From Candidatus Nitrospinota bacterium M3_3B_026 (GTDB taxonomy: Bacteria > Nitrospinota_A > UBA7883 > JBPRGF01), in assembly GCA_051418015.1 (NCBI GenBank), contig JBPRGF010000024.1, positions 1 to 64,000 of the forward strand: a stretch of DNA of 64,000 nt. The letters are read 5' to 3'. Position numbers and translations under genes: made by a program. This document shows positions 45,609 to 54,164 of the stretch, in pieces. Numbering within the stretch: the stretch's first letter is position 1; each line of letters starts with the position of its first letter. The notes under the pieces are model-generated. The model did not search any database and was not told where the DNA came from. It saw only the letters and a program-made list of their open reading frames with translations.

Positions 45609-46589
45609 CTATTCCCCCGGGTCGGCGATCCCGTCGCGGTTCAACGGTTTTACGCCGGTCTCCCTCGGAACCGCCAGCATCCTGTCCAGCGCCTTCTTCG
45701 CGCGGACGCGGATATCTTCGGGGACGGTTATCGCGTGCTTCATCTGGGCGATGGCCTCGTAAACGTCCTCGATGGAGGTAACCTTCATGTTGGGGCAGAT
45801 CATGTCCTCGGCGATGTGGATGAACTCTTTGTCCGGGTTTTCTTTTCTCAGCCTGTAGAGAATGCCGCTCTCCGTGGCGATCAGGAACCGCCTGGCGTTC
45901 TCTTCTTTCGCGTACTTGTACATTCCCGACGTGGAGCAGACGTGATCGGCTAAATCCAGAACCTCAGGCGCGCACTCGGGATGGGCCACCATCTTCGCGT
46001 CCGGATATTTTTCCTTCATCTGGATGACCTTCTCCGGCTTCAGCAGGTGATGGGTGGGGCAGAAGCCTTTCCAGTACTCTATCTTCTTGTCCGTGTAGCG
46101 CTGGACGTACTTGGCCAGGTTCATGTCAGGCGTCATGAACACGCGGTCGCCGGGCAGGGAGCTGACCACCGCCACGGCGTTGGCCGAAGTGCAGCAGATG
46201 TCCGACTCCGCCTTCACCTCCGCCGACGAGTTGACGTAGGTGACGACGGGGACGTCCGGCCCCAGCTCCTTTTTCTTTTCGCGGAGTTTTTCCGCCGTTA
46301 TCATGTCCGCCATGGGGCAGCCCGCCTCCAGCCGGGGCAGCAGGACGGTCTTTTGCGGGGAGAGGATCGCCGCGGACTCGGCCATGAAGTGCACCCCGCA
46401 GAAGAGGATCACCTCCGCGCCGGTATCGGCCGCCTGCTGGGCAAGCGCCAGCGAGTCGCCCCCCAGGTCGGCGATCTCCTGTATCTCGTCGCGCTGGTAG
46501 TTGTGGGCGAGCATAACGGCGTTTTTCTCCTTGACGAGACGCCGTATCTCGGCCTGTATCTCCCTTGTTCCTTTGTCGACAACGCTCAT
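45609..46589 (-). CDS. nadA: Quinolinate synthase
   Basis: [31 protein letters not shown]. Confidence 0.97.
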   Translation of the reverse strand: MSVVDKGTREIQAEIRRLVKEKNAVMLAHNYQRDEIQEIADLGGDSLALAQQAADTGAEVILFCGVHFMAESAAILSPQKTVLLPRLEAGCPMADMITAEKLREKKKELGPDVPVVTYVNSSAEVKAESDICCTSANAVAVVSSLPGDRVFMTPDMNLAKYVQRYTDKKIEYWKGFCPTHHLLKPEKVIQMKEKYPDAKMVAHPECAPEVLDLADHVCSTSGMYKYAKEENARRFLIATESGILYRLRKENPDKEFIHIAEDMICPNMKVTSIEDVYEAIAQMKHAITVPEDIRVRAKKALDRMLAVPRETGVKPLNRDGIADPGE

Positions 46590-46728
46590 AGATCTATTTT
46601 ATCTCAAAGGCGCCTTTTCAGTGAAATCCTCAGGTTCCCAACCGCCGTGCCAGGGAAGGCGAGGAGAAGGAGGCGGCGAACGGGGAGCCCCCCGCGACGG
46701 GACCGGAGAAAAAGACCCTTCTCCCCGG

Positions 46729-47757
46729 TCATCCCGCCGGGACGATCTTCACGTAGCGGTCCAGCGCCTCGCCAGGGTTTTTTTCGATCTTTTCGACGAG
46801 CCTGTCCAGCCCGGCCCGGTAGTCGTCCTTCACCCGGCCATAGAAAGTCTTGTGAAAGTCGAAAGTCTGCCGCCTTAAAAAATCCCGGTCGTCGTCCGTC
46901 AGCTCGGCGAACCCGACCTTTACGCCGAGTTGCTCTTTCCTGATCTCCCCCCGTATGAAAGCCTTCCCGGCGGTCATGCCGGAGCAGATGTAGTATCCCG
47001 CCGGGCTTTCGATGTCCAGGACGTTCAGGATCACGCCGATGGTCCCCTGGGCGTATTCCATGAAATAGTCGCGCACCCTGCGCCCGAAGACGATGACGGG
47101 GGGCTTCCTGTCCTCCACGTCCTTTTTAAACTCCAGCAGAAATTTCTGGAACCCCATCCTCTCCAGTTTCGCCCTGCGCAACTGGTATTTGAAAAGCAGG
47201 TCCTCGCGGATATCCTCCGCGCTCATCCCTTCGAGCCCGGAGTAATCTATCTCCCGCCAGACGCCCGGTATCCCCGCCCCGGCGCGCAGCCCCGCCCGGT
47301 TGCCCCCCTGGCCGGCGACCCTGAAGACGCCCGAGGGGCAGTAGCTTGCGAAAAGGTCGTCCACGGATCCGCCGACGTTCAGCTCCGTGGGGTTCGACGT
47401 GTTTCCGATGGCCACCTGCGCGTCACCGGGACACCAGACGCCGTTGGGGAACCGGGTGGCGTAGGTGTTGAGCTCTATCCTGTCGATGAAGGCGCAGGAG
47501 TGGTTGCCCATCAGCCCGTGGACGCCGATCTTCGCCGGGCCTGGCACGCCCGTGCCTATCAGCATCTGGCCGCAGACGTTTTTAAGCTCGAACTCGGCGA
47601 CCCCCTCCGCCCGGGCGATTTTCATGATCTCGTTCAGCCGCTCGCCGCTCATCTCCATCACGCCACAGTCGATGACGGCCTTCTCGTAACCGCGGGCTAT
47701 CCTCGCCACGTCCTCGATAGGCGTCTTGCCGTTCAAGGTCACCGGATGCGTCGTCAT
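46729..47757 (-). CDS. Glutamate synthase C-terminal beta-helix (GXGXG) domain protein, stand-alone, with insertion
   Basis: GQMLIGTG, AGQGGNRAG, DYFMEYAQG, GMTAGKAFIRG. Confidence 0.8.
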   Translation of the reverse strand: MTTHPVTLNGKTPIEDVARIARGYEKAVIDCGVMEMSGERLNEIMKIARAEGVAEFELKNVCGQMLIGTGVPGPAKIGVHGLMGNHSCAFIDRIELNTYATRFPNGVWCPGDAQVAIGNTSNPTELNVGGSVDDLFASYCPSGVFRVAGQGGNRAGLRAGAGIPGVWREIDYSGLEGMSAEDIREDLLFKYQLRRAKLERMGFQKFLLEFKKDVEDRKPPVIVFGRRVRDYFMEYAQGTIGVILNVLDIESPAGYYICSGMTAGKAFIRGEIRKEQLGVKVGFAELTDDDRDFLRRQTFDFHKTFYGRVKDDYRAGLDRLVEKIEKNPGEALDRYVKIVPAG

Positions 47758-49335
47758 CTAAAAAGGCCCCTTGCCGAAGGTCTCATACAACAGCGGGTTC
47801 CTGCCGTGGTAGCGGAACTTGCGCGAGCCGACGACGTCCTCGTGGGTTGTGAAGCCAAGCCCCGCGGCCAGACCCTCCATCCCCCGTTTCCACGAGTTCA
47901 TCATGTTCACGATCCGCCTTGCGCCGTCCTCGGGGTCTATCCTGTGGCCGTAGGGGCGCGCCGTGATGCCCCAGGCGCACTGGCCCGTGTGGCAACGGCG
48001 GCACATCGTGCAGCCGAGGGGGATCAGGTGCCGCGTCCCCGTGGCGACGAAGTCGTACCCCACCATCAGGCCCAGCATGGCCATCTTGGCGTTCAATATC
48101 GCCCCTTCGCCGATCAGCGAGACCTTTTCGCGCAGTCCCTCCGCCACCAGCGCGTCGTGGGCGAGCTTGCCGACGTAAAGGGTGTTCAGCCCCCGGTTCT
48201 GAAGGTCCGATATCGACGCCGCGCCGGTGCCACCGCCGCCGCCGCGGATGGTGATGTAGTCGAACCCCGCCCGGGCCAGCGCGACGACGATGTGGTTGAC
48301 GTTCCATATCGTCCCGTAAATGTCGGCCCCCACCAGCTTGTTCGGCCCCAGTGCCGCGCGCAGGCTGGATATCCTCATGCGCAGCTCCTCTATGGAATAC
48401 TGCAGGTGCTGGGGGTTCGGGGAGTTGACGTCGCGGTACGGCTCGATGCATCGGATCAGGGCTATCTCCCAGTCGTTCTTAGGCGCGGGGAGCTTGCCGC
48501 CTTTGCCTTTCTTGGCGTCCTGGCCGTACTTCATGGAGACACCCAGAAACCGGTCCAGGTCCACCCATGGGCCGAAACCGCCGGTGCCGAACTGGAGGAT
48601 GCAGTGTTTATACGCCGAGGCGAAGTCCGGGTGCAGGTACCCCTCGCCGACGAAGAAGGGCCGTCCAAGCTCCACCGAGGCCAGAAGACGCGAAAGGAAA
48701 GCCTCGTGGCTATTGGAGCCGTAGCTCATGTGGCAGTCGAAGACGGGAGTGTTGACCCTGATCCGCCGCTCGGGATGTTTTCCGAGGTAGCAATTTGAAA
48801 GCTGGCCCGCGAACTCGTTTCGGTTGTCCCTCGGGGGGTTGAGGATTATCGAGGCGTCGATGTGAAAATCCTCGTAGTCCGGCGGCTGGCTGTAGTCCAT
48901 CATCGACTCGGTCATCAGCCATCCGTAGGAACGGCGCAGGTTCTGGAAAATCGTCTTGGCGCCGTGGTCTGGCGTGCCTATGACATGCCAGTTCGGGTTT
49001 TTGTCCACGGTGATGGCGTTGGTGGGGCACATGGCGACGCACCGCTTGCAGTTGCAGCAGTCCGCGTCCATGATCCGAAGCTCCTGGCGCAGAAAGGCCC
49101 CCCCGGCCGCGCCCTCTGCCAGGCGGCGGCCCTTCTCGTCGAGGTAAATGTCGCGCCCTTCGAAGACCCCCGTCTTTCTCATCTTGTCGGTGAGATTGTG
49201 GGTGCATTCGTGGACGCAGGTGTAGCACCATACGCAGCGGCCCGGATCGACGGTGACACGGTACTCCCCGCCCATCTGGCCTATGCCCACCTTCAGGGGG
49301 CGGTCGTAGACGATTTTTCTGTCAGAGAGTCGCAC
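47758..49335 (-). CDS. Glutamate synthase FMN/[3Fe-4S] domain protein with N-terminal 2[4Fe-4S] ferredoxin
   Basis: MSYGS, KYGQDAKKGKGG, YSIEEL, GGTGAA, CTMCRRCHTGQC; N-terminal CxxCxxCxxxC twice. Confidence 0.88.
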   Translation of the reverse strand: MRLSDRKIVYDRPLKVGIGQMGGEYRVTVDPGRCVWCYTCVHECTHNLTDKMRKTGVFEGRDIYLDEKGRRLAEGAAGGAFLRQELRIMDADCCNCKRCVAMCPTNAITVDKNPNWHVIGTPDHGAKTIFQNLRRSYGWLMTESMMDYSQPPDYEDFHIDASIILNPPRDNRNEFAGQLSNCYLGKHPERRIRVNTPVFDCHMSYGSNSHEAFLSRLLASVELGRPFFVGEGYLHPDFASAYKHCILQFGTGGFGPWVDLDRFLGVSMKYGQDAKKGKGGKLPAPKNDWEIALIRCIEPYRDVNSPNPQHLQYSIEELRMRISSLRAALGPNKLVGADIYGTIWNVNHIVVALARAGFDYITIRGGGGGTGAASISDLQNRGLNTLYVGKLAHDALVAEGLREKVSLIGEGAILNAKMAMLGLMVGYDFVATGTRHLIPLGCTMCRRCHTGQCAWGITARPYGHRIDPEDGARRIVNMMNSWKRGMEGLAAGLGFTTHEDVVGSRKFRYHGRNPLLYETFGKGPF

Positions 49336-50554
49336 CGAAAGCCTCCTTCAGGCCGCCGCCGTCGAGCAGCTCGTAGGCCACCAGCCTGCCCGGCTCGCAG
49401 TTGATGGACTTAAAATCCTTCTCGGCGATCCACGCGCTGTGATAGATGACCTTCTCCTCCGAGCCCCAGATGACGGTCTTCCCGTCGTCGGAGCGGCCCA
49501 TCCACAGCTGACGCAAGCCGTCCCTATCCCGTCCGGCGATGACCTTGTCCTCTATGATGGCCACGAACGAGGACGGCCCGCTCATCTTGTACCTTGCCAG
49601 GACGGGGTCGCTGACAAGCTCCAGGTATCTTCGCCTCTCCTCCTCGTCCATCGAGGGCAGCTCGTTGGGGAACTTTTGGCACATGACCCATTCCATCCGC
49701 TGGTAGTCCAGCCCGCGCTCGACCATCAGGTTGTCCAGCTCCAGCAGCATCGCCTCCGAGTCGGTCCCAACCATGCGAGGGACTTTGGCGGCGTCCAGAG
49801 CCTGCCTGTTGGACGCCGACGAGGAAAGGTCGCCGTTGTGGATGATGGCGGAGTTTAAAAAGCTGATGGGATGCGCCCCCCACCATATGCCGGAGGATAC
49901 GATGCTCGTCGGCCAGCGCATGTGGATCATGATCGCCGAAAGGGGCCTGTCCTCGTATTGGTACAGGTCGAATATCTCTATGGTGTCCGCAAGCTCCAGG
50001 GCGGTGATGAAGGCGCCTATGTTCTTGCCGGACGAAAAGATCCTCGCCTCGCCCATGTAACGCTGGTTGAACCGCTCCACGATCCGGCGCACGTGCTGGT
50101 CGGCGGTGAGGCTGTGGGTCCTTCGCATCATCTCGTCCGCCGTCGGCGGCATCAGGAAGTAGCGCCGCATCTCCGGCAGGTCGTATTTCCTGTAGGCCTC
50201 GGGAGTTACCAGCGGCTCCATCTCGCCGAACTGGCGCATCCCGATCCGCTCCTCGGTGAAGAGGGGCTCAAGCTCCCTGGCCACGTCCCTGTTCCTGTAG
50301 AGGACGTGGAAGGCGTACTGCTCCTTGCGGCGAGGGTAGACACCTTTGAGCAGAACGCCCGCGCCGAAGGTCCCTCGGGCCTGCATCGTCGCCGCCGCCT
50401 TGAGCCCGGCCTTTAAGTTCACATCGCCTATGGCCGCGTAGAGCCCGCAGGCGCCGGCGCTGATGTCCACAGCCTCACGGGTGTCCGCAGAGGACCCCTC
50501 GGCGCCTGAAGGCTCTGGCCAGGCGCGGTCGAACCCGTCACTTTCCAGCGTCAT
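49322..50554 (-). CDS. Class II glutamine amidotransferase subunit of a split glutamate synthase
   Basis: ACGL after a short propeptide, HMRWPT, GAHP, IHNGD, TDSE, RDRDGLR; ATG at 50554. Confidence 0.85.
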   Translation of the reverse strand: MTLESDGFDRAWPEPSGAEGSSADTREAVDISAGACGLYAAIGDVNLKAGLKAAATMQARGTFGAGVLLKGVYPRRKEQYAFHVLYRNRDVARELEPLFTEERIGMRQFGEMEPLVTPEAYRKYDLPEMRRYFLMPPTADEMMRRTHSLTADQHVRRIVERFNQRYMGEARIFSSGKNIGAFITALELADTIEIFDLYQYEDRPLSAIMIHMRWPTSIVSSGIWWGAHPISFLNSAIIHNGDLSSSASNRQALDAAKVPRMVGTDSEAMLLELDNLMVERGLDYQRMEWVMCQKFPNELPSMDEEERRRYLELVSDPVLARYKMSGPSSFVAIIEDKVIAGRDRDGLRQLWMGRSDDGKTVIWGSEEKVIYHSAWIAEKDFKSINCEPGRLVAYELLDGGGLKEAFGATL

Positions 50555-52116
50555 CGCTCCTCCCTGACCTTCACCGGCGTGACCACGTACCGGGGGCAGT
50601 CCTCCCAGCATCTGCCGCAGGCGTCGCACCCTTCCAGGGCGGTAAAAAGCGGCCCCTCCGGGTTCCACGGCTCCATGAACTTATCCACGCATCCTTTATC
50701 GCCGCTGGCGCGGAAGCACCAGTCGCAATCCGAGTCCAGCCCGCCAAGGCACGTGCCGCACCGGAAGCACCTGCCCGCCTCCATCACCCCCTCGTCCAGA
50801 CCGGGGATTTTTTCAACCGGCTCGAAGGAGAGCCTTCGCTTCCCGGGCCGCTCCGTGAAAAGCCGGAGTCTTGCCTTCGGCTCGAAGTAGCGGCTTACGT
50901 TCATCTTCGCCCAGGTGACCTCTTCGCGAAGGGGCGGGAATATCTTTTTCCCCGTGACAAGCTCACTAACCGAGTCCGCCGCGCGTTTGCCGGAGGCTAT
51001 GGCGTGGATGACCGTGCCCCGCGCGTCCGGCGCGGCGTCGCCTGCGAGGAAGACGTTCTCGCGCTCGATATTAAATACCTCCGGCTCCTGCCCGATCGAT
51101 ATCAGCAGGACATCGGCGGGAAGGTCCACCGTCTCATCCGTGGGGACGGGCTCGCGCCTGCCGGAGGCGTCCTCGGCGCCGAGCTTCATCTTCCTGGCCG
51201 TAAGGGTCCCGCCGTCGTATTCCTCCGGCGCCAGCAGGAACCTGAAGACGACCCCTTCCTCGCGGGCCTCTCTCACCTCTTTTTCATGGGCGGGCATCGC
51301 CTCTTCGTCACGGCGGTAGGCGACGGTGACGGATTCCGCGCCCAGCCGTACCGCGCTCCTGGCCGCGTCCATGGCGACGTTGCCGCCTCCCACGACCACC
51401 ACCCGTTTTCCCTCCAGCTCGTCCGGGGCGGCCTGTCCTGAGTTTATCCTTCTCAAAAACTCTATCCCGGACGCCGCCTTCTCCTCGCCCGGCATCCCCG
51501 CCTTGCGGCTTTTGCCAGCGCCGGAGCAGACGATGGCCGCGCCGAATTCTCCACCGTCCAGGAGTTTTTCGATTTCGTCCGTTGTGACGGGGCTTTCGGT
51601 GATTATCCTTACGCCGGAGTCCGCGATGAGTTTTATCTCCCTGTCCAGAACATCCTTCGGCAGGCGGTAGGAGGGGATTCCGTAGCGCAGGACGCCGCCG
51701 GGCGCGGCCGCCGCCTCGCGTATGGTGACGTCGAACCCGTGGATGTTCAAGAACCACCCCGCGGCAAGCCCCGCCGGCCCGGCTCCGATGATGAGGACTT
51801 TTTCGCCGTTGCGGGGCGCCATCGGCGGGCGCCAGGCCGGGTCGAACCCGTGGTCGCCTATGACCGCTTCGAGAGCCTGGATGGATATCGGTTTGTCGAA
51901 ATAGCCTCGGTTGCATGGCTGTTCGCAGAAGGCGTAGCAGACCCTGCCCAGGACGGCGCGCAGGGGGTGCGTCTCCATCATGATCCGCCAGGCAGTGTTG
52001 GGATCGTTTAAGGACAGGGCGTGCAGAGAGGCGGAGATGTTCGTGAAGGCAGGACAACCCCTCGTCCCGCCGCAGGGGGCGGTTTTGTTCTCCCATACGG
52101 GAAAGACATGGGACAT
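50551..52116 (-). CDS. GltD/SudA-family FAD/NADPH oxidoreductase with C-terminal ferredoxin-like domain
   Basis: APC..GCP, GRVC...CEQPCNR, GAGPAG, GGGNVAMD..YRR, C-terminal CFRCGTC and CDACGRCWEDCP; start 52116 or 52146. Confidence 0.88.
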   Translation of the reverse strand: MSHVFPVWENKTAPCGGTRGCPAFTNISASLHALSLNDPNTAWRIMMETHPLRAVLGRVCYAFCEQPCNRGYFDKPISIQALEAVIGDHGFDPAWRPPMAPRNGEKVLIIGAGPAGLAAGWFLNIHGFDVTIREAAAAPGGVLRYGIPSYRLPKDVLDREIKLIADSGVRIITESPVTTDEIEKLLDGGEFGAAIVCSGAGKSRKAGMPGEEKAASGIEFLRRINSGQAAPDELEGKRVVVVGGGNVAMDAARSAVRLGAESVTVAYRRDEEAMPAHEKEVREAREEGVVFRFLLAPEEYDGGTLTARKMKLGAEDASGRREPVPTDETVDLPADVLLISIGQEPEVFNIERENVFLAGDAAPDARGTVIHAIASGKRAADSVSELVTGKKIFPPLREEVTWAKMNVSRYFEPKARLRLFTERPGKRRLSFEPVEKIPGLDEGVMEAGRCFRCGTCLGGLDSDCDWCFRASGDKGCVDKFMEPWNPEGPLFTALEGCDACGRCWEDCPRYVVTPVKVREER

Positions 52117-52348
52117 GTTATTCGCCGCCGTGAAAACCGCTGTCAACGGACGCCATTTCGAGTCCCTCTTTTAAAAAACCCGCAAGCTTGTCCAGAGCCA
52201 GACAAAACGTCCTCCGCGGCGGCGGGAGGTATTTGCCCGGCCCTCCGCCGCCGGAAGCCGCGCCTATATTATAACGCCCATGGCGGGTGGACGAGGAGGA
52301 GGCTGTATTTCCGCGTCAGCGAACAACGCCCCAGAGCGCGCCGGGGGG

Positions 52349-53314
52349 CTACTTTTCGAGGCTTTCCCTGATGACGCCGTTTATCTCGTCCAGGATCGTC
52401 CCGGTCTCCATCCCGTGCATGGCCGCCGTCTGCTCCACGGTCTCGGTGCTCTGCCCGGGGCATGTGAAGCAAGCCTCGCCGTAGTGTTTTTCGAAGATGG
52501 CGCTGGTGTCCGGATACGTCTCCAGCAGCGGGCCGATCAGCGTTTTGGGCGTGGCGAGTTGGCCGCGCTCTATCCTCTCGCCCCCGGCGGCGGACGCCGG
52601 AGCGCCTTCGCGCTCTCCATTGGCGCCCTCCTCCCCGGCGCCGACGAGCCTTTTGCCCTCCAGTTCGGCCATCAGCTGGAAAGTGTCCTTCCCCGCTCTT
52701 TTCGCCGCGTCCTGCAGGGTGACCATCCTGCCGATTGTCTGGACCGCGCCGGGCCCCGCCACGTCACCCAGCCCCGCGTCGATCATCTGTTGCTGCAGGC
52801 CGGGCCACTTTTCCACTATTTCGCTTATCTTCATCGAAGGGCTGAGCTTTATCTCAGGTCTTTTTTTTTCCTCGGATGGAGCCGCGGGGGGCGCGGAGGG
52901 CTCCTTTTGGGCGGGCTCGTCCCTCAAAACGGAGAAGATGTTTATGACGAACATGAGGATGGCCACCCCCTCCACCGCGGAAAAGGCCCCGAATATCATC
53001 CGCAACGGCCCCGTGGTCCAGAACCCGCCAAGGGCGTAGACGCCTATCATCCCCAACAGGCCGATGTTCGCCAGCCAGTACTGGGCGGGTATCCATGAGG
53101 GGTAGGGGACGGGCCTGGCGTTGAACCTCGGCAGGATGTGGTACGCCACGCCGTAGATCATCATGGCCATGAAGCCCAGCAGCATGACATGCACATGTAT
53201 GAACCGAAGCTCGCCCATATTATGGTCGGCCAGGGACATGTGCAGACCGAACAGCATCCCCAGGGCCAGGTATATCACCGACGTTTTTATGAAAAGCTTG
53301 CCGTATCTGTCCAT
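52349..53314 (-). CDS. Four-helix HxH membrane domain fused to two DUF1858-like domains
   Basis: IHVHVMLLGFMAMMIYGVAYHILPRF; C-terminal YPDT..IF...CFTCP...ETVEQTAAMHG. Confidence 0.85.
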   Translation of the reverse strand: MDRYGKLFIKTSVIYLALGMLFGLHMSLADHNMGELRFIHVHVMLLGFMAMMIYGVAYHILPRFNARPVPYPSWIPAQYWLANIGLLGMIGVYALGGFWTTGPLRMIFGAFSAVEGVAILMFVINIFSVLRDEPAQKEPSAPPAAPSEEKKRPEIKLSPSMKISEIVEKWPGLQQQMIDAGLGDVAGPGAVQTIGRMVTLQDAAKRAGKDTFQLMAELEGKRLVGAGEEGANGEREGAPASAAGGERIERGQLATPKTLIGPLLETYPDTSAIFEKHYGEACFTCPGQSTETVEQTAAMHGMETGTILDEINGVIRESLEK

Positions 53315-53417
53315 CTTGATTTCTGTCCTCTTCGGAAACTAACGCGCGATCAACATCTCGAAAACTGGATATTATCACCTGAACCAAGCATAATATGTTA
53401 ATTTTAAACTGACGGCA

Positions 53418-53433
53418 TATGATGAAAATCATA
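53418..53433. promoter_or_regulatory. Perfect palindrome TATGAT-GAAA-ATCATA, Crp/Fnr-type box
   Basis: Between the divergent 52349-53314 gene and the Crp/Fnr gene; leftward -10 TATTAT at 53395-53390. Confidence 0.7.
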
Positions 53434-53479
53434 GAACGTCCGCGCGGTGGACGCGGCCGCTTTATACTCGCATGAAGTT

Positions 53480-54157
53480 ATGATCGAAGCGCTCAGAAAA
53501 ACCAGGCTCTTCTCCGGCCTGACGGACGACATGCTGGACTGGCTGAGCAAAAAGACCGTCTGGACCGAGTACAAGAAGGGGGAGCACATCTTCTACGAAG
53601 GCGAGGACGCGGAGAAGATGTACATAATCGCCCAGGGGCGCGTCAAGGTCGTCAAGGAGTTCCCGAACGGCAAGAACGCTATTATCGGTATATTCGGCCC
53701 CGGCGGCATAGTTGCCGAGGTGGCGGCCATTGACGGGGGGCCGTATCCGGCCTCGTCGGTCGCCCTGGAGGACTGCCGCGTCGGAGCCCTGCCGGCGCAG
53801 GCGTTGCACGGGCTGCTGGTGAGAGACCCGGAAGCGTCCATAAACATGATCGTGGGGCTGGGAGCCAAGCTCCGCGAACTGACGGAAAATCTGGGGTCGC
53901 TGGCGGTTCAGACGGTGGAGAAGAGGCTGGCCCGGTTCCTTACCAAGATGGGCTCGCAGATAGGCGTGGAGACAGACGAGGGGTTGATGCTGATGCTGCC
54001 CATGACCAGGCGCGACCTGGCGGAGATAATAGGCACTTCCTTCGAGGTGGTGGAGCGGAGCCTGAAGAAGATGCGCGAGGAGAAGATCATCTCCGTCGAG
54101 GGCAAGAAGATCGTCATAAAAGACCAAGAGCGCCTGGCCGAGAAGTTCGAAGATTAG
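53480..54157 (+). CDS. Crp/Fnr-family transcriptional regulator (Dnr/HcpR-like, no FNR Cys cluster)
   Basis: cNMP-fold IFYEGE...GRVKV...YPAS; VEKRLARFL; HTH TRRDLAEIIGTSFEVVER. Confidence 0.93.
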   Translation: MIEALRKTRLFSGLTDDMLDWLSKKTVWTEYKKGEHIFYEGEDAEKMYIIAQGRVKVVKEFPNGKNAIIGIFGPGGIVAEVAAIDGGPYPASSVALEDCRVGALPAQALHGLLVRDPEASINMIVGLGAKLRELTENLGSLAVQTVEKRLARFLTKMGSQIGVETDEGLMLMLPMTRRDLAEIIGTSFEVVERSLKKMREEKIISVEGKKIVIKDQERLAEKFED

Positions 54158-54164
54158 CGACGCC

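Noticed and set aside
46729..52116. Selenoproteins (prompted by selA)
   Set aside because: The redox ORFs appear full length with Cys motifs; I saw no in-frame TGA needing read-through, and no selB or selC in the window
50551..52116. Calling the flavoprotein DsrL
   Set aside because: Similar architecture, but no dsr genes nearby and it is coupled to glutamate-synthase domains
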